Shown: positions 54,930 to 62,656 of the stretch, piece after piece
Layout: the number at the start of each line of letters is the position of its first letter
Numbering within the stretch: the first letter of the stretch is position 1
NCBI GenBank assembly: GCA_964651815.1
Contig: CAZYWG010000001.1
Location: 129,189-193,188, forward strand
From: an uncultured Gammaproteobacteria bacterium
GTDB taxonomy: Bacteria > Patescibacteriota > Microgenomatia > Levybacterales > GWA1-39-11
Length of the DNA stretch: 64,000 nt
Reading direction: 5' to 3'
Notes under the pieces: model-generated
Seen by the model: the letters and a program-made list of their open reading frames with translations, nothing else
The model's database searches: none
What the model was told of the DNA's origin: nothing
Made by a program: the position numbers and the translations under genes

Positions 54930-55450
54930 AAGCCAAATTGCAAAAACTTAATATCAAACATCGTCATCCCACAATGAGGGGATGGTTTTCCTATGAACTT
55001 TATAATCTTATGTTGAAAGATGACAAAATATGGGTAATAGTTGGTGACTTAGGATATAAAATGTTCGACTTTATAAGAGAGGCTTTCCCCGAGCGATTTA
55101 TAAATACAGGGTCCGCGGAACAAGCAATGATAGGAATTGCAATAGGTCTTGCACTTCAAGGAAAGAAGCCTTTTGTTTATTCAATTACGCCATTTCTTCT
55201 CTATCGTCCATTTGAAACGATAAGAAACTATATTAATCAGGAAAAAATCCCAGTCCGTTTAATTGGCGCCGGACGAGATCGTGATTATCTACATGATGGG
55301 TTTTCTCATTGGGCAGAAGAGGATAAAAAAATAATGAAGATTTTTGGAAATATAAATTCTTTATGGCCAAGCAAAAACGAGGATATTCCATCACACGTTA
55401 AAAAAATGGTAAATACTAATAAACCATGGTACATTAACCTTAAGAAATAG
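54926..55450 (+). CDS. Split transketolase, pyrimidine-binding (Pyr) domain subunit; short form with no C-terminal domain
   Basis: FINTGSAEQAMIGIAIGLALQGKKPFVYSITPFL is a Pyr-domain signature. Only 174 aa, against a typical ~300-aa C-subunit. Confidence 0.7.
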   Translation: MKAKLQKLNIKHRHPTMRGWFSYELYNLMLKDDKIWVIVGDLGYKMFDFIREAFPERFINTGSAEQAMIGIAIGLALQGKKPFVYSITPFLLYRPFETIRNYINQEKIPVRLIGAGRDRDYLHDGFSHWAEEDKKIMKIFGNINSLWPSKNEDIPSHVKKMVNTNKPWYINLKK

Positions 55451-55452
55451 AT

Positions 55453-56397
55453 ATGAAGAAAAAAATTTCAGCAATCATTGCATGTTATAAAGACGGAGAA
55501 GCAATTCCTGTGATGTATAAAAGACTTTCCGAAACTTTCAAGGCATTGAAAATTGATTATGAAATAATTTTTGTAAACGATGGCAGTCCTGATAATTCAG
55601 AGGAGGTAATAAGTAAAATCGTTGCAAAAGATGGACACGTTATAGGAATTAACCACTCAAGAAATTTCAGCTCCCAAATGGCATTTACAAGCGGAATGGA
55701 TATCTCAACGGGCGACGCAATTGTTTTTCTGGACGGAGACTTGCAAGACCCTCCTGAGATAATAAAAGACTTCTATAAAAAATGGATTGAAGGATATGAT
55801 GTCGTTTATGGTATCAGAGCAAAACGCGAAGCACCAATGTGGATGGCTCTTTCTTATAAATTATTTTATAGAATTTTTAATAAAATGTCCTACATAAAAA
55901 TGCCATTGGACGCTGGAGACTTTTCACTTATTGATAGGAGAGTGGTTGAAGTTTTAAAACAGTTTCCTGAAAGAGATAGGTTTCTACGGGGTCTTCGCGC
56001 TTGGGTAGGCTTTAAGCAAACTGGAATAAAATACGTAAGACCGGAAAGAATGTTTGGAAAAACAACAAATAATCTGTTCAAAAACATCAATTGGGCATTT
56101 AAAGGTATATTTTCTTTTTCGTATGTACCTTTGCAAATTATGACACTTATTTCTTTCTCAATATTTGTTTTGGCAATTATTGGAATTATTTTCCAAATTA
56201 TTATCCGTCTTTTTTTCAACGTAACCCCGCAAGGAACCACTACTGTTTTAATCGTCATATTATTTTTAGGTGCATTGCAACTTCTTGGCATAAGTATTCT
56301 TGGACAATATATGGGGAAAATTTTTGAGGAAGTAAAATTACGTCCAAAATATATTGTAAAAAGTATTATTAAACATTCCAACCCTCGTAGAAAATAA
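55453..56397 (+). CDS. Polyprenyl-phosphate glycosyltransferase of the GtrB/DPM1 type (GT2 domain with two C-terminal TM helices)
   Basis: IIACYKDGEAIPVMY...IIFVNDGSPDNSEEV...FLDGDLQDPPE contains the DxD motif. Two C-terminal TM helices. Confidence 0.85.
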   Translation: MKKKISAIIACYKDGEAIPVMYKRLSETFKALKIDYEIIFVNDGSPDNSEEVISKIVAKDGHVIGINHSRNFSSQMAFTSGMDISTGDAIVFLDGDLQDPPEIIKDFYKKWIEGYDVVYGIRAKREAPMWMALSYKLFYRIFNKMSYIKMPLDAGDFSLIDRRVVEVLKQFPERDRFLRGLRAWVGFKQTGIKYVRPERMFGKTTNNLFKNINWAFKGIFSFSYVPLQIMTLISFSIFVLAIIGIIFQIIIRLFFNVTPQGTTTVLIVILFLGALQLLGISILGQYMGKIFEEVKLRPKYIVKSIIKHSNPRRK

Positions 56398-57308
56398 TGA
56401 TGAAAGATGGACATCTCATAACTACTCATTGTGCCATCTGTGGTTTTGCCGAAAAAAAAGAAGAACTTTACACCACAACTTTTGATACTAAAAAAATAAA
56501 TAGTAAAACTTTTTCTGCCCGCCGTACTCCAGACCGCATGCATTACAGATTTGTCAGGTGTAAGAAATGTGGCCTAATTTTCTCAGATCCTATTCTCCCA
56601 GAAAAAAAGCTTAATGAACTTTATAAAAAAAGTGGCTTTACATATAGTCAGGAATCAAAATACCTTAAGAACACATACGGCTATTATTTATCGAAAATAA
56701 TTCCCAAAAAAGGAAAAGTTAAACTTCTTGATATTGGATGTGGCGACGGATTTTTTATGGAAGAAGCAAAAAATCTTGGGGCTACTGACATTTTTGGTAT
56801 TGAACCGGGTGCGCCATCTGTAAAACATGCACCTCAAAATATCCAAGGTAACATTAAAGTTGATATTCTTAGAAAAGGATTATTTAAACCCGGAACATTT
56901 GATATTATTACTTGTTTTCAAACCCTTGACCATATCCCTGATCCAAATGAGTTCCTAAAAATAACAAGAAATCTTCTAAAAAAGGGTGGCAAGGCACTAT
57001 TTATACAACATAATACTGATGGACTTTCCGTAAAAGTCCTGCATGAAAAATCCCCGATATTTGACGTTGAGCACATTTATTTATTCAACAAAAAAACACT
57101 CAAAAAGATTTTTGAAAAAAATGGTTTTAAGGTCAAAGGCGTATTCGATGTTAAAAACTGTTATCCAATATCATACTGGACACGTATGCTCCCTTTTTCA
57201 AGAGGGTTTAAAAAAATAATTCTGCCATTTCTTGACATAACAAAAATAGGTCTTATACCAATAACGATAGGTGCCGGTAATTTAGGAATAATCGCGGAAA
57301 AAATCTAA
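56397..57308 (+). CDS. Class I SAM-dependent methyltransferase with an N-terminal Zn-ribbon; paralog of the 31304-32257 gene
   Basis: CAICG...CKKCG Zn-ribbon. LLDIGCGDGFFMEEAKNLGA. Confidence 0.8.
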   Translation: MMKDGHLITTHCAICGFAEKKEELYTTTFDTKKINSKTFSARRTPDRMHYRFVRCKKCGLIFSDPILPEKKLNELYKKSGFTYSQESKYLKNTYGYYLSKIIPKKGKVKLLDIGCGDGFFMEEAKNLGATDIFGIEPGAPSVKHAPQNIQGNIKVDILRKGLFKPGTFDIITCFQTLDHIPDPNEFLKITRNLLKKGGKALFIQHNTDGLSVKVLHEKSPIFDVEHIYLFNKKTLKKIFEKNGFKVKGVFDVKNCYPISYWTRMLPFSRGFKKIILPFLDITKIGLIPITIGAGNLGIIAEKI

Positions 57309-57340
57309 TACTTATATTATGAATGTACCTTGTTATTATA

Positions 57341-57736
57341 TTATCTGTCTTTCAATCTGTAAACAAATTTTAACCCAGACCAAATATCATCAATTGCCGC
57401 AACCTTTACATCAACTAACCCATTTTCAAGTCCTTCTTCCCGAATAATATTTTCATTCAGATCTGTTTTAACGCCAGACATTTTTTTGGGCCATGAAATC
57501 CAAAGTGTTCCATCTTTGTTTAAGTGATTGCGAACACTCTCGAAAAATTTTTTAAGCTCCTCCTTACTTTTTGAGAAAAAGTGAACGTAATCAAATTCCC
57601 CTTCCAATTTTCCCTTAGTTTGAAGATTAACACCGAGCGCTTGACGAAATGTTTGTGGTTCATTGATAAAAATTATCTTATAATCCGGTTTTATTCCTAA
57701 TTTTTTAATCAATGGCGTTCCTGAATACCCAACCAT
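57341..57736 (-). CDS. Hypothetical small cytoplasmic protein
   Basis: 131-aa ORF with no recognisable motifs. Confidence 0.4.
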   Translation of the reverse strand: MVGYSGTPLIKKLGIKPDYKIIFINEPQTFRQALGVNLQTKGKLEGEFDYVHFFSKSKEELKKFFESVRNHLNKDGTLWISWPKKMSGVKTDLNENIIREEGLENGLVDVKVAAIDDIWSGLKFVYRLKDR

Positions 57737-57796
57737 ATTTTGTAGTTTATCATAATTGCCCTACTTGAATTAAATCTCCTTTGCTATACTAAATAA

Positions 57797-58342
57797 ATGG
57801 AATGGGAATCTTGGCAATACAAAAATTTAACAATATTATTTTTCTCATTTCTTCTGTCTCTCGCGCTCGGAAGTTTTAAACCGTTCCACGAATTCCTTTT
57901 TACTGCCGGGTATTGGTCCGCATTTCTAGCCGGAGTAATTTTTGTTTTTACTTTTAGTGCCCCGATTGCTGCCGTTATACTTTTGATTCTTGCCGAAAAA
58001 CTTCCTATTTTCCTTGTGTTAGTTGCTGCCAGTTTTGGCGCAATACTCTCCGACTTTACAATCTTCCGTTTGTTCAAAGATGGTCTTGCTGAAGAAATCG
58101 AACCACTTTATGAAAATCTAGGCAAAAATCATTTTAAACATATATTGCGAACCAAACATTTTAGGAGACTTCTCCCTGTAATTGGCGCGATAATTATTTT
58201 GACTCCTCTTCCTGACGATGTGGGAATAAATCTTATGGGAATTCACAAACTAAAAAACCAACAGTTTTTGGTTTTGTCAGCGCTTGTTAACGTTGTTGGA
58301 ATAATTTTTATTCTTCTCCTATCTTTTGTGATCAAACCCTAA
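57797..58342 (+). CDS. Hypothetical membrane protein (about 5 TM helices)
   Basis: Hydrophobic 181-aa ORF, translationally coupled to the next gene. Confidence 0.4.
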   Translation: MEWESWQYKNLTILFFSFLLSLALGSFKPFHEFLFTAGYWSAFLAGVIFVFTFSAPIAAVILLILAEKLPIFLVLVAASFGAILSDFTIFRLFKDGLAEEIEPLYENLGKNHFKHILRTKHFRRLLPVIGAIIILTPLPDDVGINLMGIHKLKNQQFLVLSALVNVVGIIFILLLSFVIKP

Positions 58343-58344
58343 AT

Positions 58345-59517
58345 ATGCTGTTTAGCAACAATAAATTTTGGTATGGATTTATTATTTTTATAGCATTAAA
58401 CATTTTTTTATACGTTTTTATTTTTAAGTTTAACAAAATCCCTTTTGATTCATTTGATTACACGTATAATTCCCACCACTATCTTAGAGACAACAGGATA
58501 GATAAAGGCCCCTTTAATTTTTTGCGTTCTTTAGGGCAGTATGACGCACAATGGTATCTAAAAATTGCAAATGATTCTTATCCTACGCTTCCAAAAAATA
58601 TTGATATGAATAATAAAAAAGTTATGGATGGCCTAACTTTTGCTTTTTTCCCTTTTTATCCTCTGGCAATTCGAACAATAAATTACGCTTTTAAAAATGT
58701 AGAACTTAGTGCCTTTGTTCTTTCTAATTTGCTATTACTTCTCGACTTTATCAGTCTTTTTTTTGTTGTTTCAAAATTATATAAGATAGATATAGCATTA
58801 AAAACTATTTTTCTTCTCTTTCTTTTCCCATTTTCTATTTTCTTTAGAAGTTATTTTACAGAAAGCCTACTGCTTCTAGAGCTTGTTTGGTTTTCCCATT
58901 TTTTAATAAATAGAAAGTGGATTTTTTCGTCCATTATTTTAGGCCTTATGATAGTTACTCGGGGAGCAGGAATATTTATCCTCCCTGTATTTTTCTATTT
59001 TCTATACAAAAATACCAAAACCAGAAATTTAAATCTGCAGTCTTTCTTTTGGATTATCTTATTTTCTCTCACACCTTTGTTTTTATGGCTTTCTTATTGT
59101 TATTTACAGACCGGAAACGCTCTATATTTTTTGTCCATAAGAAGCGTATGGTTTTCTGATCCCGTTCCAATATTACATAACTTTCTTATGATTTTTCTAT
59201 TTTGGAAATTACCGCTTCACAATTTTCATACTTCACAAATAGATGTAACAACAATAATAGTTTTACTCGCTCTTTTGATTAAAAGTAAAAAAATGATTAA
59301 ACCGGAATTATGGCTGATAAGTTTTGCGCTTTGGTTAGGCCCGCTTCTCACAACTGATACTATGTCTTTCACCCGATACCAAATAATATCGTTTCCTATA
59401 TTTATATATCTAGCTCAAATTTTAGTAGGCTATAAATACTGGGCTTTGACAATAATTTTCTTTTTAGGTTTACTTTTTACTTCTCTTCTTTTTGTAAATT
59501 GGTACTGGCTCGGGTAA
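58345..59517 (+). CDS. Polytopic membrane protein, GT-C-like glycosyltransferase candidate
   Basis: 390-aa protein with about 10 TM helices and an extracytoplasmic loop near the N-terminus. Confidence 0.4.
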   Translation: MLFSNNKFWYGFIIFIALNIFLYVFIFKFNKIPFDSFDYTYNSHHYLRDNRIDKGPFNFLRSLGQYDAQWYLKIANDSYPTLPKNIDMNNKKVMDGLTFAFFPFYPLAIRTINYAFKNVELSAFVLSNLLLLLDFISLFFVVSKLYKIDIALKTIFLLFLFPFSIFFRSYFTESLLLLELVWFSHFLINRKWIFSSIILGLMIVTRGAGIFILPVFFYFLYKNTKTRNLNLQSFFWIILFSLTPLFLWLSYCYLQTGNALYFLSIRSVWFSDPVPILHNFLMIFLFWKLPLHNFHTSQIDVTTIIVLLALLIKSKKMIKPELWLISFALWLGPLLTTDTMSFTRYQIISFPIFIYLAQILVGYKYWALTIIFFLGLLFTSLLFVNWYWLG

Positions 59518-60699
59518 CGCTTTACTTTGGTAAAAAATACTTAGCATCACAGATAAAAGAAAGCTGATGATACCAAAAGTTGAAAACAATCTAATAAGAT
59601 TCCTAAAAGGCGCATAAATTATAAAACCAAATGGGTCAATAATTGCAATAAATCCTACAATAAAAATTACATACCACCAAAATGGTATATAGAAATTCTT
59701 TTCCAAATTCTTAACCATTATCAATAACGGGAGTAGCAATATCGCTATGTTCCAATCAAAAGTTACGGGAAAAGCAAGTAGCGCAGTTGTTAACATTACT
59801 CCTTCTATTAACAAATCATCTTTTAAAAACCGTCTGTAACGATATATAAAAATCAAAACTATAATAACAACAATTAATGACATTGTGTATCCCAATATAT
59901 ATGTAATATTACTTGGGAGTTGTAATAAAAGAGGATTGATTTTCAGGGGGATTCCATGAGCCTCAAAAGTGGAGCCAACAAAAAGTTTTGCAAATAAACC
60001 ACTTAAAGAAGTATTACTGATATTTGAAATCCAAGCATTTTCATATATCCTCACAGGGCCGAGGTATGTTTTGTAGGTTTTTGGTCCGAACAAAACGAGC
60101 GTTGTCACAACGCCAACAATGCAAGTAAAGATTGCTGAAATAAAAATTTTTTTCTTTCCTAAAATATAAATTCCAATTATTAAAACCGCGGGCCAAATTT
60201 TTATTAGGGCTGCAACACCCAGCAACAATCCGGACAATAAATCATTATTCTTTTTTCTCGCAATCCATGATGAGACTAGTAAAAATAGGAGTATTTGATT
60301 TAAATTATGGAAAACGCTTGATGTAAAAAGTGGCGACCATAAAATACTCAGAGATAAAAAAACTGATAAATTTTTAATAGAAAACATTTTTAATGTCTGT
60401 AAAATTCCAATCCCTGCTGCAATATAAAAAGATAAAGAAATAACAGACCATATAAGACTCGCGTCTTCCAAAGAAAACATCTCAAATGGATAAAAAAATA
60501 AGACTGAAAAAGGTGGATGAGCATCATATTTTAATTTGGGACATGAAATACGTGAATATATTGATTTATGGTTTACAAAGTTTTTAACAGCGGAATAATC
60601 CTGACAAAAGTCGCCACTGATAACACTCAATTGAACGCTTATCCTGAAAAGAACAAGAAAACTTATGAGTGATAAAAAAATCCAAACAAATCGAGTCAC
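59470..60699 (-). CDS. Polytopic membrane protein, DUF2029/GT87-like GT-C glycosyltransferase candidate
   Basis: 409-aa protein with about 11 TM helices. ALIKIWPAVLIIGIYILGKKK is a KIWP-type motif seen in DUF2029 mannosyltransferase-like proteins. Convergent 48-nt overlap with the 58345-59517 gene. Confidence 0.45.
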   Translation of the reverse strand: MTRFVWIFLSLISFLVLFRISVQLSVISGDFCQDYSAVKNFVNHKSIYSRISCPKLKYDAHPPFSVLFFYPFEMFSLEDASLIWSVISLSFYIAAGIGILQTLKMFSIKNLSVFLSLSILWSPLFTSSVFHNLNQILLFLLVSSWIARKKNNDLLSGLLLGVAALIKIWPAVLIIGIYILGKKKIFISAIFTCIVGVVTTLVLFGPKTYKTYLGPVRIYENAWISNISNTSLSGLFAKLFVGSTFEAHGIPLKINPLLLQLPSNITYILGYTMSLIVVIIVLIFIYRYRRFLKDDLLIEGVMLTTALLAFPVTFDWNIAILLLPLLIMVKNLEKNFYIPFWWYVIFIVGFIAIIDPFGFIIYAPFRNLIRLFSTFGIISFLLSVMLSIFYQSKALPEPVPIYKKKRSKK

Positions 60700-60846
60700 A
60701 GAAGTAGTATATATTATTGCGCGTTTGGTGCGGACCGTCGCAGACGATGTTCGAACTTTTTGTGCACAAAATCAATGCGTCTTCCCGTTATATTCTTAAC
60801 CTCAACCTCGGTTGACATTCATTGATAATTCATAAATACTGAATTA

Positions 60847-61842
60847 GTGGAAAACAATCAACTATCCCAAACTTCACAAGTTCCACCTGTTCAACCGGTT
60901 TTCCAAACTAAATCTCCCGGTCAATTAAAGTCTACTTTCCATATTCCTAAATTAATTATGTTTGGGATTATTTTGCTGATTCTTATTTTGATTGTCCCGG
61001 TTAGTATATATGTTTTAAAAGTATTTGAAGCAATTCCTAAAGCAAACTGGAAAACATACACAAATAATATTTATCACTATTCATTTCGATATCCTTCAGG
61101 GGACACCGTTGAAGAAACTGTACCGGATCGTTTTGGTAGCTCGGTAACAATATCAGACAGCGAAGGGATAATTAATGTTGATGTGAATCCTATTAACTTA
61201 CCTGATTTCCATAAAATTTCTGGAGATTCAGTAAATAAAAGATCATTCAACGGGATATCATGGTACATACACACAACTCAAGGTACTGACTGCTCCCATG
61301 GATGTTTAAGTAGTCTTCCTTCAACTGTAACTTATCAAACTGAAAAAGATGGCGATGCCTATACTTTCAGCTATGATTATTATGGAAATAAACCACTGCT
61401 ATATGATGCTATTTTTTCAACCTTCAAATTTACAGACCAAACAAAGACAGCAATAAGTCTGACCCAAGAACTTAATAATTTCCCCATATATCCTGCTGCT
61501 ATATATACTTCAAAATCTATCAATGGATCTTGTCTCCAGCAAACACTAGGTCCAAATGAATGCATTAAGGGATATACGGTATATAAATTCGGATTTCATG
61601 AAAATGAAGAAACAGTAATGAATTGGTATAACGGAAAGGAGTTCCCAACCGGATGGAGCTGTATGGTATTTGGTGCAAAGAATACTCACACTTATAAGAA
61701 TATATCTGAAGAATATTCTCCTTCAGGACATTTTACTCCTTACGTATATTCGTACTTGGATAGTTTATGTTCTAACAATAATTTACGCTATAAATTGAGG
61801 ATATCCTCAGATCAAACTATCTTTGTCGGAATACCTGATTGA
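60847..61842 (+). CDS. Secreted/membrane-anchored hypothetical protein
   Basis: N-terminal TM helix/signal anchor (LIMFGIILLILILIVPVSIYVL), then a Cys-containing globular domain. Confidence 0.4.
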   Translation: MENNQLSQTSQVPPVQPVFQTKSPGQLKSTFHIPKLIMFGIILLILILIVPVSIYVLKVFEAIPKANWKTYTNNIYHYSFRYPSGDTVEETVPDRFGSSVTISDSEGIINVDVNPINLPDFHKISGDSVNKRSFNGISWYIHTTQGTDCSHGCLSSLPSTVTYQTEKDGDAYTFSYDYYGNKPLLYDAIFSTFKFTDQTKTAISLTQELNNFPIYPAAIYTSKSINGSCLQQTLGPNECIKGYTVYKFGFHENEETVMNWYNGKEFPTGWSCMVFGAKNTHTYKNISEEYSPSGHFTPYVYSYLDSLCSNNNLRYKLRISSDQTIFVGIPD

Positions 61843-61913
61843 CCCTTCATTTCGTAAACGGGGGGAGGACCAACTTCTTTGGCCTTGCCAAACTAAGCCT
61901 TGGCGAAGTTGTG

Positions 61914-62000
61914 CGGAGAGGGCGAGATTCGAACTCGCGGTGACGTTGCCGCCACAAAGGTTTTCAAGACCTTCGCACTAGACCACTATGCGACCTCTCC
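61914..62000 (-). tRNA. tRNA-Ser (anticodon TGA)
   Basis: Folded manually. Acceptor GGAGAGG/CCTCTCC. 3-bp D stem. Anticodon stem AAGGT/ACCTT with loop CTTGAAA. 18-nt variable arm. T arm GCGAG-TTCGAAT-CTCGC. Discriminator G. CCA is not encoded. Confidence 0.85.
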
Positions 62001-62041
62001 ACTGAAAAGTAGGCAAAAAATTAACTTATCTACTTTTCAGT
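62000..62041. repeat. Perfect 13-bp inverted repeat (hairpin) filling the spacer between the two tRNA-Ser genes
   Basis: cactgaaaagtag (62000-62012), a 16-nt loop, then ctacttttcagtg (62029-62041). Confidence 0.8.
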
Positions 62042-62042
62042 G

Positions 62043-62128
62043 CGGAGGAGACAGGATTCGAACCTGCGAGAGCCTTACGGCTCAGGGATTTAGCAAACCC
62101 CCTCAGTGGGCCACTGTGACACTCCTCC
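62043..62128 (-). tRNA. tRNA-Ser (anticodon GCT)
   Basis: Acceptor GGAGGAG/CTCCTCC. 3-bp D stem TCA/TGA. Anticodon stem GGGGT/ATCCC with loop TTGCTAA. 17-nt variable arm. T arm GCAGG-TTCGAAT-CCTGT. Confidence 0.8.
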
Positions 62129-62230
62129 AAAATCAGGATGCGTCTTAAACGCTCCTCCAAAAATTAGTATCTAATTATATCAGGCAGAGCCGTAATTTAA
62201 AACAGAACGAAATCTTAATTTGTTATTTGT

Positions 62231-62656
62231 TTGTTAAGGCTTTATGAGCCTATTTTGGTTGCCGAAAAAGCTATCCTATGCTATGATTTAAGCATGACAA
62301 ACGCAGTTGCTGAAACTGAAATGAGTTCTGTGAATCCGCCCGAAAGTAAGCCAGTTACTCTTTTACCAGAAGTTACTGGGAGTGGCGTAAAAGCTATTCA
62401 ACCGGATAAGCATATGAATGAAATTATAGATGCACATCCGGAAGAATCTGTAATGCCCGCCGCCCAATCTGTCCCAACACCAACAGCTTTAAGCGAAACG
62501 CTTATGGTTCCCATAACTCAAACTACTGAAGTGTTATCTCCGGATAGAAAAAGTGACGCTACACAAACTTCAAGATACGCAAAATTTGTAAATATGTTAA
62601 ATAAAATAAGATCTGGAATTAGAGCTGGAAAAGGAGGACAAAATGGGATTAGATAA
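62231..62656 (+). CDS. Hypothetical soluble protein (141 aa)
   Basis: ORF immediately upstream of, and overlapping by 14 nt, the ATPase gene. No motifs recognised. Confidence 0.3.
   Translation: MLRLYEPILVAEKAILCYDLSMTNAVAETEMSSVNPPESKPVTLLPEVTGSGVKAIQPDKHMNEIIDAHPEESVMPAAQSVPTPTALSETLMVPITQTTEVLSPDRKSDATQTSRYAKFVNMLNKIRSGIRAGKGGQNGIR

Noticed and set aside
55890-56543. 217-aa minus-strand ORF
   Set aside because: It is antisense to the GtrB-like GT2 and the Zn-ribbon methyltransferase genes. It is a shadow ORF with low-complexity sequence.
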